A DNA stretch of 64,000 bases from a virus. How positions within the stretch are numbered: position 1 is the first letter of the stretch; every line of letters starts with the position of its first letter. Position numbers and translations under genes: made by a program. Below the pieces are notes generated by a model. The model was not told the origin of the DNA and did no database searches. It saw only the letters and a list, made by a program, of their open reading frames with translations. The DNA lies in the IMG/VR virus record IMGVR_UViG_3300028610_001991. One strand, given 5' to 3'. Shown piece after piece: positions 26,848-36,528 of this stretch.

Positions 26848-27207
26848 ATGGCTAAACTAGCAGAGGTTGAGGTATACGCTAATGATACAAAACTTTATTT
26901 AGAAATTACATTAGATGACGGAGATACGACTAATCCTCAGCCAATTGATTTAACTGATGTAATGTATATTCTTATTAAGGTGGCTGATAGTTTTGATGCA
27001 GAAACAAATCATTTTGTTGGTGAGTGTGAGATTGTCGGGGATCCTGCGGATGGTAGTATTCGGTATAAATTTTTATCAGGTGAGCTGGAGAGGGGCGGCT
27101 GGGTAGGAGAAATATCGTTAGTTTATAATGATTATGAGGTTCAGACAATGGGTCATTTTAAGCTGAAAGTTAAACCTGATTTACCAAATAATATTGTAGG
27201 ATATTGA
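26848..27207 (+). CDS. BppU N-terminal-like baseplate/structural protein
   Basis: NDT..L...DLT...G.I.Y.F...G..GE....T...F.L.V pattern. Confidence 0.55.
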   Translation: MAKLAEVEVYANDTKLYLEITLDDGDTTNPQPIDLTDVMYILIKVADSFDAETNHFVGECEIVGDPADGSIRYKFLSGELERGGWVGEISLVYNDYEVQTMGHFKLKVKPDLPNNIVGY

Positions 27208-27210
27208 TTT

Positions 27211-27597
27211 ATGGTATTAGTTAGTGTAGGTCTTTTTTTATTAGCGGTATCCCTGGTTTTTTCGATAGTACTTTTTTGTATGTCCTTGTCTAAGATAAAG
27301 ATTGGAGGTACTATAAATGTAAACATACCTCAGAACGGATATCATAAATTTGCAGGTGTTGATCCTGCTCAAGGTAAAGATAGGTCTGAAATGACAATGG
27401 TCGAACATCCCGGACCAGATGGTAGTACGATTAGTTATCCTACAGCTGTTCCGGATATGAGTATACTTGATAGTGCTAAAGTTGAAACTAATATGGATTC
27501 GGAAACATTAATTATTAAAGGTAATACCAAGGGTAGCGATATTAAAAGTGCTGCAGCAGAACTTAAAAAAACTAAAAGTAGCAAGGGGTTAAAATGA
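27211..27597 (+). CDS. single-TM membrane protein coupled to the actin-like gene
   Basis: N-terminal 25-aa hydrophobic helix; ATGA overlap with 27594. Confidence 0.65.
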   Translation: MVLVSVGLFLLAVSLVFSIVLFCMSLSKIKIGGTINVNIPQNGYHKFAGVDPAQGKDRSEMTMVEHPGPDGSTISYPTAVPDMSILDSAKVETNMDSETLIIKGNTKGSDIKSAAAELKKTKSSKGLK

Positions 27598-28607
27598 AGG
27601 GTTTAGATATTGGGACAGCATTTATTGTTTGTATGGAGCAAGGTACTGAGGGGAACCAGGTAGTTCGTAGTGAGAGAGATGCTTTTTTTGAAGTACCTCC
27701 AGGTGAGTTTACAAAAAATATGCTTAACCAGTCTGGGGTTAATTATGTTAAGATGGACGACAAACTATATGTTATTGGTGATAAAGCTATGGAATTTGCA
27801 GAGGTGTTTGGTAGTGAAGCGCGTAGGCCACTTGCTCGTGGCTATATCAGCCCACGAGAAAAAGAAGCGCTTCCTATTTTAAATCAGATTATTAAGGCTG
27901 TAGCCGGTAAAATAAATGAAAAAAATGAGAAATTGATATTTTCGGTACCTGCGGATACTATTGATGATTTTCAGAGACAGAATGCCTTGGTATACCACAG
28001 AGAGAGTATAGCTACACTTATAAGACATATCGGGTTTGAGCCTATTGCACTTAATGAAGGTTTAGCGGTTATTTATTCTGAACTAAAAGATTATCAATTT
28101 AGCGGCCTAAGTTTAAGCTATGGAGCCGGAATGGTAAATTTTTGTGCGTCTTGGCTATCAGTGCCTATTCCTGAGCTTACTTTTGCAATAGGTAGGGGCG
28201 GTGACTGGGTAGATGAAAGTGCTGCCCGAGCTTTAGATGAGAGTATTGCAGTAGTTTGCGGGATGAAAGAATCTCCAAATGAATTTAATCTTAATGATAA
28301 TTATGAATCTGGTATTCCTCAGGCATTAAGTATTTATTATAAAGAACTTATCAGGTATACACTAATGACCTTAGAACGTGCATTTTATAAAATAAAAAGG
28401 CGGTTTCCTAAACCGATACCTATTGTTATAAGTGGAGGAACTACATCTCCTCCTGGATTTTTGAACCTATTTACCGAGATGACAAGAAAATGTATCTTTT
28501 CTAATTTTAAAGGAGATAGGATAGAGATAGGGGATATAATCCAGGCCGGTAATCCATTGTACTCTGTAGCTCAAGGTTGTATGATTAAGGGTGTGATAGA
28601 TGGGTAA
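27594..28607 (+). CDS. actin-like ATPase (ASKHA; MreB/MamK/ParM superfamily)
   Basis: GLDIGT (phosphate 1), NEGLAV (connect 1), YGAGMVN (phosphate 2), GGDWVD, ISGGT (adenosine). Confidence 0.85.
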   Translation: MKGLDIGTAFIVCMEQGTEGNQVVRSERDAFFEVPPGEFTKNMLNQSGVNYVKMDDKLYVIGDKAMEFAEVFGSEARRPLARGYISPREKEALPILNQIIKAVAGKINEKNEKLIFSVPADTIDDFQRQNALVYHRESIATLIRHIGFEPIALNEGLAVIYSELKDYQFSGLSLSYGAGMVNFCASWLSVPIPELTFAIGRGGDWVDESAARALDESIAVVCGMKESPNEFNLNDNYESGIPQALSIYYKELIRYTLMTLERAFYKIKRRFPKPIPIVISGGTTSPPGFLNLFTEMTRKCIFSNFKGDRIEIGDIIQAGNPLYSVAQGCMIKGVIDG

Positions 28608-28887
28608 TAACGAAAACGAAATTGGTAGTTTAGGTGAATCTCAGATAACTAAGCAGGAAGAAAAAGTTATTATACCACAAAGGTTAGTAGGTAAGGATGT
28701 TGTTAACTGCCCTATAGCAGCTGCTGCAGAGTCAGTTGTACTTGTAGATTTTTGTAAAAATATATGTTCTCATTTTGTTAAATTTATTGAAGATGAGAAA
28801 TATGGTAATAGGGTTGAGTGTAAATACCCTAGATTTATAAAAGTTATTAATGTTTACGGAAAAGAAAAGTCAACTACCTTTACCTAA
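28600..28887 (+). CDS. Cys-containing hypothetical protein, C-terminus replaced by IS sequence
   Basis: The final STTFT* codons lie inside the IscB left end. Confidence 0.65.
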   Translation: MGNNENEIGSLGESQITKQEEKVIIPQRLVGKDVVNCPIAAAAESVVLVDFCKNICSHFVKFIEDEKYGNRVECKYPRFIKVINVYGKEKSTTFT

Positions 28888-29128
28888 AGGGTAGGGGCTT
28901 GAGTAGTGATGCTCAACGCAAGGGTTGATTAGGGAGCTAAAAGGAAATTTTATGCAGAAGTTATTAGTAAAGTTAAAGAACACACCTACGGATGCTTCAC
29001 AAGTCTGTAGCTCTGTAAATTCTGTATTAAACAAAGAGGGCACTCTTAGTGTGCAGAATAAAGTACTGGCTAATAACAATCCCGAAGTGAATCGAGTCTC
29101 TACAAACAAGACGCTCGTTAAAAGTAAA
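28869..29128 (+). ncRNA. omegaRNA (HEARO-type) scaffold; boundaries approximate
   Basis: GTCAACTACC...GGTTGATTAG pairing and GC-rich hairpins directly upstream of the PLMP domain. Confidence 0.7.
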
Positions 29129-30298
29129 GTGTTTGTGCTTAACAAACAAGGTTTACCATTAATGCCCTGTAGTTATGCTAAGTCTAAAAGAATGGTTAAA
29201 AAGGGAGGAGCGAAAGTAGTTAAAAGATATCCCTTTACAATCCAATTAACATTTGATTGTGAAAACAAAACCCAAGATATTACTTTAGGTATTGATACGG
29301 GTTTTGGTAACATTGGGTTTAGTGCTGTTTCAGAAAAGGAAGAATTAATTTCAGGAACTTTAAAACTCGATGGAAGAACTAAAGAAAGATTAGATGAAAG
29401 AAGAATGTATCGAAGATGTAGAAGAAACAAATTGTGGTACAGGAAAGCAAGATTTAGTAATCGAAAGAAAAAAGAAGGATGGTTACCTCCTTCAACCCAA
29501 AGACGGTATGATACACATTTGAATTTAATTAACGGGTTGAAAAAGATACTGCCCATCACTTTAATTACTGTTGAAGTAGCAAAGTTTGATATCCAGAAGA
29601 TAGAGAATCCAGATATCCAAGGAAAAGAATACCAGCAAGGTAATTTGTACGAATATCAAAATACAAGAAGTTACTTAATGGCTAGAGAAAAGGGTAAGTG
29701 CCAGTTATGTAGTAAAGATTTTAAAGGTCAACCAAGTCACCTACACCACTGTAAACAACGAAATGAAGCGGGTAGTAATAGACCTGAAAACTTAGCCTTA
29801 CTTCATAAAGTATGTCACACGAAGCTACACAGAAAAGGATTAAAACTATTTAAACCAAAAGAATATAAGGCCAATATATTTATGTCTATTATAAACAAAA
29901 GGTTCTGGAAAGATGTTTCTAATTTAAAAGTTACTTACGGTAATACAACATTTGTTGATAGAAATAATTTAGAGTTAGAAAAATCTCATGTTAACGACGC
30001 TTTTGTTATTGCTAACGGTTCTAGTCAGAGAAGGTGTAAAGCGTTTAGTATACTTCAAAAGCGTAGAGCGAATCGAGCGTTGCAGTTAAATAGAAAAGGA
30101 TTTAAACTTTCTATTCGTAAACAGAGATATAACTTACAGCCGCATGACTTAGTTAAAGTTAATAACCTTATTTGCACTGTTATTGGAACTCATTGCAAAG
30201 GTACTAGAGTTATGATTAATAAATTGGATAGAAAAGTTAGTGAGTCAATTAAAAATATAGAATGGAGTTTTCATTTTGGAAGTTTTACATATAATTAA
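28952..30298 (+). CDS. iscB: IscB RNA-guided nuclease (PLMP, RuvC, bridge helix, HNH)
   Basis: PLMP; RuvC-I LGIDTG; RRMYRRCRR; RuvC-II VEVAKFD; HNH CQLC..HLHH..N..NL..CH; RuvC-III SHVNDA. Start is ATG 28952 (with RBS) or GTG 29129. Confidence 0.92.
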   Translation: MQKLLVKLKNTPTDASQVCSSVNSVLNKEGTLSVQNKVLANNNPEVNRVSTNKTLVKSKVFVLNKQGLPLMPCSYAKSKRMVKKGGAKVVKRYPFTIQLTFDCENKTQDITLGIDTGFGNIGFSAVSEKEELISGTLKLDGRTKERLDERRMYRRCRRNKLWYRKARFSNRKKKEGWLPPSTQRRYDTHLNLINGLKKILPITLITVEVAKFDIQKIENPDIQGKEYQQGNLYEYQNTRSYLMAREKGKCQLCSKDFKGQPSHLHHCKQRNEAGSNRPENLALLHKVCHTKLHRKGLKLFKPKEYKANIFMSIINKRFWKDVSNLKVTYGNTTFVDRNNLELEKSHVNDAFVIANGSSQRRCKAFSILQKRRANRALQLNRKGFKLSIRKQRYNLQPHDLVKVNNLICTVIGTHCKGTRVMINKLDRKVSESIKNIEWSFHFGSFTYN

Positions 30299-30357
30299 AA
30301 AGGAGAGTGACAGTTTCTCTGTTGCTTAAAGGCGACAGTTTCCTTGTCGAAAAGGTT

Positions 30358-30696
30358 ATGATCGATCAAAACTTAGAAAGTATCACTTCTACGGTAGCTA
30401 CTTTTATTGATCATTGGTGGGCATGGCTAGTACCTGTTGTAATAATGTTTATATTAAGGAGATACATATCTAATTTATGGTATCGTATCGTAATGAAATT
30501 AAGCGAGGCTCCTTATGCGAGTATAGGTAATGTGATTCAATTTCAGGAGAACGGTACAAAATGGAAAATAGTAGGATTTACGCGACACAGCGTTTATCTT
30601 AAGAACGCAGAGAAAGAGAAGAATGGTAACCTTGCTTTAATGCGGGTTCCTATAGACAAGTACTATAATAGTATATTTATTTATAAGAAGGTATAG
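30358..30696 (+). CDS. membrane protein
   Basis: Native ATG 30358; the track's GTG 30307 lies inside the IS right end; one TM helix. Confidence 0.6.
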   Translation: MIDQNLESITSTVATFIDHWWAWLVPVVIMFILRRYISNLWYRIVMKLSEAPYASIGNVIQFQENGTKWKIVGFTRHSVYLKNAEKEKNGNLALMRVPIDKYYNSIFIYKKV

Positions 30697-30699
30697 CTT

Positions 30700-31725
30700 A
30701 TGGGTGAGTTAAGGAATAAGTATAGAGATATGGAGACGGGGCAGTTTGATAGTGTATTAAAGCCGGAGGACGAGGCTTACATTATTAATAATTATTTAAA
30801 CATGACGGACGCAGAGATGGCTACTCAGTTAAAAGTAAACATGCAAGTAATCCAGAATTTTAGAAGTAAAAAGGGTTTAATGAAAATGTCTTATTCTTAT
30901 GAGAGCGCTTTTGGTGGGGTAATGAAAGATGTCGAGAATAACCCACAGGATAAAATGAAAGAGAAAATAGAAAAAAGTGAAGGCGGGGGTATTAAGCAGG
31001 GTAAAGGTAAGGAAAAACAAAAAAAGAAAAATGTCTCTGAGTTTTCTTACGAAGATGAAAAAAAAGCATTAAGAAAGTACTTATCTTTAGATATCAAAAA
31101 GTTAATTCCGTCTCAGTATTTAAAAGATATAGGCACACAAGATGAATTTGTAGATAAGTTTATAATTCTTAGAAAGAGTTTTAACGATGGTGAGTGGAGG
31201 GATTTTATTGCTCATTGGATGAGATATATGAAGGAGCATCAATATGATTTTAATGTAGCTGAAGACTTTGATGATTTATCAGGATTGATAAGGGAATTAA
31301 TTATTCAATCAAATATATTTGATAGAAATAAAAATGCGCGTACTAGTGATGCGTTTTTTTCAATATATATGAAGCAGTTTAATGAGTCTGTAAGTAGACA
31401 GAAACGATACCAGGATAATTTAAAACTTTCCAGGAAATCTAGAAAAAGTGAAAAGGATTATGATAAAGAATCTTTTGTTGAAATAGTAGCTATGTTTGAT
31501 AATGAGGAGACACGTAAAGTGATGGCTCAGGCAGATAAAGAGGATAATGTTGAGTTACTTAATTATATGGACAAAATAAGAAAAAAAATGAGAGAGGAGG
31601 TTCCGGAAGGTACTGAAATTGACGGACAGGAATCTTCTTTGCTAATGGGTATAAGCGAAGAAAAAGTTCAAGATATAGTAGATAAAGGTATTGATGTCTT
31701 AGAGAAGGAGAAGATTGAAAAATGA
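30700..31725 (+). CDS. hypothetical protein, possible terminase small subunit
   Basis: HTH-like N-terminus; ATGA overlap with terL. Confidence 0.5.
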   Translation: MGELRNKYRDMETGQFDSVLKPEDEAYIINNYLNMTDAEMATQLKVNMQVIQNFRSKKGLMKMSYSYESAFGGVMKDVENNPQDKMKEKIEKSEGGGIKQGKGKEKQKKKNVSEFSYEDEKKALRKYLSLDIKKLIPSQYLKDIGTQDEFVDKFIILRKSFNDGEWRDFIAHWMRYMKEHQYDFNVAEDFDDLSGLIRELIIQSNIFDRNKNARTSDAFFSIYMKQFNESVSRQKRYQDNLKLSRKSRKSEKDYDKESFVEIVAMFDNEETRKVMAQADKEDNVELLNYMDKIRKKMREEVPEGTEIDGQESSLLMGISEEKVQDIVDKGIDVLEKEKIEK

Positions 31726-33560
31726 TGGGTGAGAGGAAGGGTTTATCTGAGTCTGAAATAAGGATGATTAAATATTTTCGTATACGTCCTGACAGGGCTG
31801 CGGAAATGTTATTAGGTATTGATTTTTTACCTTTTCAAAGATTACTTATTTTTATAGGTTGGTACTTTCCTTTTGTTTTAAATATACTGACTAGAGGTGC
31901 TGGTAAGACTTTTATGTTAGCTACTTTAGCATTACTCAGGGCTATGCTGTATTCTAATCAGAAGGTTGGGTTACTGGCGGCTTCCTTTAGACAATCAAAG
32001 CTACTTTTCGCTGAAATTTATAGGATATATATGAAGTCTGCGCTTTTACAAGGTATGGCGGAGAAGCCTCCTGTACGTGGTACGGATCTATGCTATTTTA
32101 ATCTTAAAAATGGATCTGAAATTCAGGCATTACCTTTGGGTGATGGTGAGAAAATTAGAGGAGCGCGTTTTTACTATATAGTACTGGATGAGTTAGCTCA
32201 AATTCCGGAAATTATCCTTAATATTGTTATAATAGGTATGACAGCAACAAAGCAGGACCCTATTAAAAGCGCAAGAATGGAGGCTTTGAAAAAGAGATTA
32301 AAAAAGGAGGGGAAAGTACCTTCTAGGAGTATACAGCTGGTTTCAGAATTAACTAAGAATTATCTAATAGGTGCTTCTACAGCTTATTACCAATTTAATC
32401 ATCTTTTTAAAATGCTAAAAAATTATATAAGGGTTATAAAGGATAAAGTCATAGCTGAAAATGGTATGGATTTATGGAAGCTGTATGCAGTATACAAGTT
32501 ATCGTATAAGATGATACCTGAGGGATTCATGTCTATAGAATCGATAATGATGGCTAAGGAAAAAATGTCGAGCATGCAGTTTAACATGGAATATAATTGT
32601 TTATTTCCTGCGGAGAGTGGGGGTTTTTTTCCGGCTCAGATTGTAATGAATGCTTATACACATAATGGACAGATACATTTTGAGCTTGCAGGGGATGGTA
32701 ACGCTGCATATATACTTTTTTGTGACCCGGCAAGAACTAGTGACAACTGTACTTTTTCTATTAATAAAATATTATCTACTACAGAAGCTACCCGGTATGC
32801 GTGTGTTTGTGTAGAGGTACTTCAGGGTAGAAAGTTCCAAGAGGCTATGGAAAGGATTAGGGATATATGCCGTAGGTTTAATATTGTTAGAATCGCTATG
32901 GATCAGGGCGGTGGTGGATTAGCTATAAAAGATCTATTAAATGATCTTGATAAATGTCCGGAAGGTGAAGAATTAATTTGGGATTTTGAAGATCCGGCCT
33001 CTTACTTAGATGAGGAGATGCAGTTTAAAAAACCTGGATTACATATCTTGCATTTAGTTAATTTTAACCCTGCTTATTTGACGGAAGCTAATCATGGCTT
33101 ATTATCCTCTTTAGAAAGAAAAGAATATGTATTTCCTACACCGTTAGGTACAGAGGATTTGATGAATAAAGGTGAGAAGGAAGCAGAGCAATTAGAAAAT
33201 GTAGAGACAGAGATGCTTGTCGCTAAAAATGAGATGATAAACATTGTATTAACTAGAACACCAAAGGGATCTCCTCACTGGGATACACCAGCGAAAGGAC
33301 AAAGAAAAGATAGATATACTGCTATTATGGGAGGCTGTAAAGAATGTAAAGATTTTATTAAGCCTGAAAATAGTGAAGAAGTAACTATAGATTTACCAAC
33401 GGGAGGTTGGGCAGGTAAAGCAAGTTTGAGTACAAAGAAGGAGTTAGGTGTCGGAGCTGCTGATCTTACCCAAGGAGGAATTAAGTTTTCAGAAGCAGCA
33501 GAGAGAAGAAAAAGATTAGTTTATGCTAAAAAATTATCAGAGATAGCTGAGTTAAATTAA
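31722..33560 (+). CDS. terL: terminase large subunit
   Basis: Walker A TRGAGKT, IRGARF, Walker B IVLDE, nuclease FCDPART.D, KDRYTA. Confidence 0.92.
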   Translation: MMGERKGLSESEIRMIKYFRIRPDRAAEMLLGIDFLPFQRLLIFIGWYFPFVLNILTRGAGKTFMLATLALLRAMLYSNQKVGLLAASFRQSKLLFAEIYRIYMKSALLQGMAEKPPVRGTDLCYFNLKNGSEIQALPLGDGEKIRGARFYYIVLDELAQIPEIILNIVIIGMTATKQDPIKSARMEALKKRLKKEGKVPSRSIQLVSELTKNYLIGASTAYYQFNHLFKMLKNYIRVIKDKVIAENGMDLWKLYAVYKLSYKMIPEGFMSIESIMMAKEKMSSMQFNMEYNCLFPAESGGFFPAQIVMNAYTHNGQIHFELAGDGNAAYILFCDPARTSDNCTFSINKILSTTEATRYACVCVEVLQGRKFQEAMERIRDICRRFNIVRIAMDQGGGGLAIKDLLNDLDKCPEGEELIWDFEDPASYLDEEMQFKKPGLHILHLVNFNPAYLTEANHGLLSSLERKEYVFPTPLGTEDLMNKGEKEAEQLENVETEMLVAKNEMINIVLTRTPKGSPHWDTPAKGQRKDRYTAIMGGCKECKDFIKPENSEEVTIDLPTGGWAGKASLSTKKELGVGAADLTQGGIKFSEAAERRKRLVYAKKLSEIAELN

Positions 33561-33570
33561 AGGAGCGGGT

Positions 33571-35709
33571 ATGGTAAAAAACGGTAAGGATACTGGAGTT
33601 GCCCAAAAACATAAAACGGGGACTAAAATTGATTATGATAAGGGGGAAGTGTCTGTAGAACTTCCTTATTTAGAAAGACATGATCAAGCTTCGTACCATA
33701 GAGCTGATGACTACGAGACAGAGATAGGTGGAGGTTCTTCAACTTTTCGTAAAAGGGCGTATTCGAATATCAAGTCTAAAATAAGTCAGGCTCAGGATTA
33801 TTATATAAAAGATTCTTTAGCAAGAAGGTTTATTGAGTTGATGGCTCAATTTTCAGCTACTTCAGTACAGTTAAAAGGCGCACAAAAGTACAAAGTTTTT
33901 TTTAATCAATGGATGAAGGTTGTAGGCATGCCTACTATTTTAAAAAAGATATTTAAAGAATTTTATAGAAGTTCAAATGTGCATACAATTAAATGTACCC
34001 TTCCTTTTAAAGGCAAATTTAAAAAAGGAGAGAAATTAGATATAGATATCCTGAAGGGTTTTAAGACTGACGGACGGTTAGGTAATTTTGATAATGCTAA
34101 GTATAAGATCGATTTAGCTAGATATATAAGAGGTGGTGAATCAACAGATATAGCGGCTAGAAAATTAAATTGGTCTAATAAGATGATCCCCTGGCGGTAT
34201 ACAGTTTTAAACCCTTTGCAAATTGAAAAATATGGAGATTCTACTTTTAGGTTAGAAGAAACATACTGGACCCCGAGTAGCTCACTAAGGCATTTAATAT
34301 TAGAGATTGAGGCTGATAAAGGAAAAGCCAGAAGAAAAAAATTAGAGCCTATTATTAAATCTATTCCTGCTATGTTATACCAACAGTTAAAAGATGGTAA
34401 ATCAAAAATAGAATTATTCCCTCATTTTTATTCTCCAATATATAGACTAAAAGATGATTATGAGAGCGATGGTGAGCCTTTGATGACTCCTATCTTTGAT
34501 CATCTCTTTAGAAAGAACCAAATGAGAGAAGCTGATATTCGAGTTATTAATTCTGTGATTAATAAAATATTATTAATAAGGGTAGGTAGTGACAAATTTC
34601 CAGCTAAGAAAAAACAGTTGGAGGCTATCTCTGCTATATTTCAAGAGCCTTCACATGTTCTTGAATTAATATGGAATCATTGTATTGATGTTAAGTGGGT
34701 TGATGTTCAGACAGAGTTCTTAAATGACGATAAATATAATTCTGTAGATAAAGACATCAAAGAGGGATTCGGGGTAACAGAAGTTTTATTAGGCACAGCA
34801 AAAGATAATAAAGGAAATCCTTTTGTATCGTTAAGAGGGTTAGTTGAAAATATGGCTGACGGTCAGGAATCTGTTTCTGAATGGTTACAAGAGGAGTTTG
34901 AAGATATAGGCGATACTTTACAGCTGGACACTGTTCCAGAGCCGCATTTAACGACTATTAATCTTGAGGATAAGGTTAATCTTTTTAAGATATACCAAGG
35001 TATGGTAGATAGAGGTATTTTATCTAATGAAACAGTTTGTGAGCTTATGGGAGAGGACTGGAGAAGAAATCTTGCACAAATTAAAAAAGAGTCTAAACAG
35101 AGAGAAGAAGGCATATTGCCTTTGATGGGGTCACCTTATCAGAAAGGAACTGAGTCTCCTTCAACAGTAGCGCCTGGTGATAAAGTTCCAGGAGATCCTA
35201 ATGTACCTACAGGAGTAAAGCCTAAGTCAGAAATCACACCACAAGAGAGAAGAGGGTCTCAAGGAAAACCGGTAGGTAAACAAGGTCCTTTACAGACTCC
35301 GCGAAAAAGTCCTCGTATGAAAGCAGCAGCGGAAGCAGCAGTATTAGACGGGAGTGATGTTTTAACTGCTGATGAATTGATAGGGTATGCTAATCAGGCA
35401 GTTAAGAAATTGTACGACAGCTATAATACAGGCGGAAAAGATTTTAAAGCTATATACAACGATGTAGCGCTTGATTTATATAAAATACCTTCAAAGGATA
35501 TAGCTTTTTTTATTAGCAATGGCGGATATAAAATTAATGGAGAAATTGATTTAAATTCTGATTTGTATAAAAATGTAGTGTCGGATATTAGGGGTATGGC
35601 CAGTACTTATATCTCTAAGTGGAAAAGAAATAACGTAGGTAAAAATATGTCGCCAGATGTTTCTCTAAGTATATTAGCTGATTCTTGGGCTGCATGTGTA
35701 CCTGTTTAA
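33571..35709 (+). CDS. portal protein
   Basis: Follows terL; 712 aa; helical core with Pro/Lys-rich C-terminal extension. Confidence 0.75.
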   Translation: MVKNGKDTGVAQKHKTGTKIDYDKGEVSVELPYLERHDQASYHRADDYETEIGGGSSTFRKRAYSNIKSKISQAQDYYIKDSLARRFIELMAQFSATSVQLKGAQKYKVFFNQWMKVVGMPTILKKIFKEFYRSSNVHTIKCTLPFKGKFKKGEKLDIDILKGFKTDGRLGNFDNAKYKIDLARYIRGGESTDIAARKLNWSNKMIPWRYTVLNPLQIEKYGDSTFRLEETYWTPSSSLRHLILEIEADKGKARRKKLEPIIKSIPAMLYQQLKDGKSKIELFPHFYSPIYRLKDDYESDGEPLMTPIFDHLFRKNQMREADIRVINSVINKILLIRVGSDKFPAKKKQLEAISAIFQEPSHVLELIWNHCIDVKWVDVQTEFLNDDKYNSVDKDIKEGFGVTEVLLGTAKDNKGNPFVSLRGLVENMADGQESVSEWLQEEFEDIGDTLQLDTVPEPHLTTINLEDKVNLFKIYQGMVDRGILSNETVCELMGEDWRRNLAQIKKESKQREEGILPLMGSPYQKGTESPSTVAPGDKVPGDPNVPTGVKPKSEITPQERRGSQGKPVGKQGPLQTPRKSPRMKAAAEAAVLDGSDVLTADELIGYANQAVKKLYDSYNTGGKDFKAIYNDVALDLYKIPSKDIAFFISNGGYKINGEIDLNSDLYKNVVSDIRGMASTYISKWKRNNVGKNMSPDVSLSILADSWAACVPV

Positions 35710-35713
35710 AAAT

Positions 35714-35766
35714 TGTTGATAAACTGTTGATAAACTATAGACAAATTCTGTTTTATAGTGTATAAT
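35714..35766 (+). promoter_or_regulatory. sigma70-type promoter with an upstream 11-bp tandem repeat
   Basis: TGTTGATAAAC x2, then TAGACA-17 nt-TATAAT. Confidence 0.65.
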
Positions 35767-35817
35767 TGTTTATAGAGAGAGACAGTACGGCGGAAATAAA
35801 TAAAAAGGAGAGGATAT

Positions 35818-36006
35818 ATGCAAGCACGATGTATGAGATGTAAAGATAATAGGGATATGAAAGATGTTCAAATTGTTAAAACAAAAAGAGGCGGTTTTAT
35901 GGCTAAAGGAAAATGCATTCAGTGTGAGTGTGGGATGTGTAAAATTATGTCAAAAGACCAAGCCTCTCAACTAGCGACTGAACTTAGTATTCAGTTACCA
36001 GCATAA
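35818..36006 (+). CDS. DUF5679-like zinc-ribbon protein
   Basis: CMRCK...TKRG..AKGKC..C..MCKI. Confidence 0.7.
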   Translation: MQARCMRCKDNRDMKDVQIVKTKRGGFMAKGKCIQCECGMCKIMSKDQASQLATELSIQLPA

Positions 36007-36038
36007 AAAGTAAATAATTAAAAAAAAGGAGAAGGCTG

Positions 36039-36518
36039 ATGAAAAAGTTAATTTTTATTTTGATTGTATTAAGTGTGTTTTTTATGTTTGCTGAGGATTT
36101 ACTAATTGAAAGGTTACATACACCTGTATGGAAAACTGTTAATGATAGTAAAGGCTTTAATCGTTTAATCGATATTGCTCTTCCCGGTGAGAAATACTCT
36201 ATTGTTGAAGAAAAGGTGTCTTGGTATTTTGTGGAGATTCTTACACTGTCTAAACATGTAGGTATTAAGTGTTGGGTATGGGCGGGTAAAAAAGATAAAC
36301 CTATAGTAGTTAAAAAGGACGGTAAATTTTATATTGGGCAAAAAGGTGTTACTGCACGTAGTAGGCCTGTAACAGTAAAAAGTACTGAATTAGGTAAACA
36401 TATACTCAACGGTTCGGAAATCAAGATTATAAAGAAGAAAGTATTAAAAGTTAAAGTTAAATTATGTGATGGAAATGAAGGCTGGGTATTTATAGCTAAT
36501 GGTAAAATAATTCAATAG
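36039..36518 (+). CDS. exported protein with SH3b-like domains
   Basis: Signal peptide; G..Y.IVEE..SWY.V..GWV and KV.L.DG.EGWV motifs. Confidence 0.6.
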   Translation: MKKLIFILIVLSVFFMFAEDLLIERLHTPVWKTVNDSKGFNRLIDIALPGEKYSIVEEKVSWYFVEILTLSKHVGIKCWVWAGKKDKPIVVKKDGKFYIGQKGVTARSRPVTVKSTELGKHILNGSEIKIIKKKVLKVKVKLCDGNEGWVFIANGKIIQ

Positions 36519-36528
36519 GGAGGCATCT

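Larger units (their letters stand above)
28869..30348 (+). mobile_element. non-autonomous IS200/IS605-superfamily IscB (OMEGA) element
   Basis: Left end GTCAACTACC..CTAAAGG..GGGGCTTG, right-end hairpin CTGTTGC-TTAAAG-GCGACAG..CCTTGTC, iscB, no tnpA; removal restores the host frame. Confidence 0.85.

Noticed and set aside
30307-30357. GTG 30307 as the native start of the downstream membrane gene
   Set aside because: These codons are IscB right-end sequence; the empty-site reconstruction puts the native ATG at 30358
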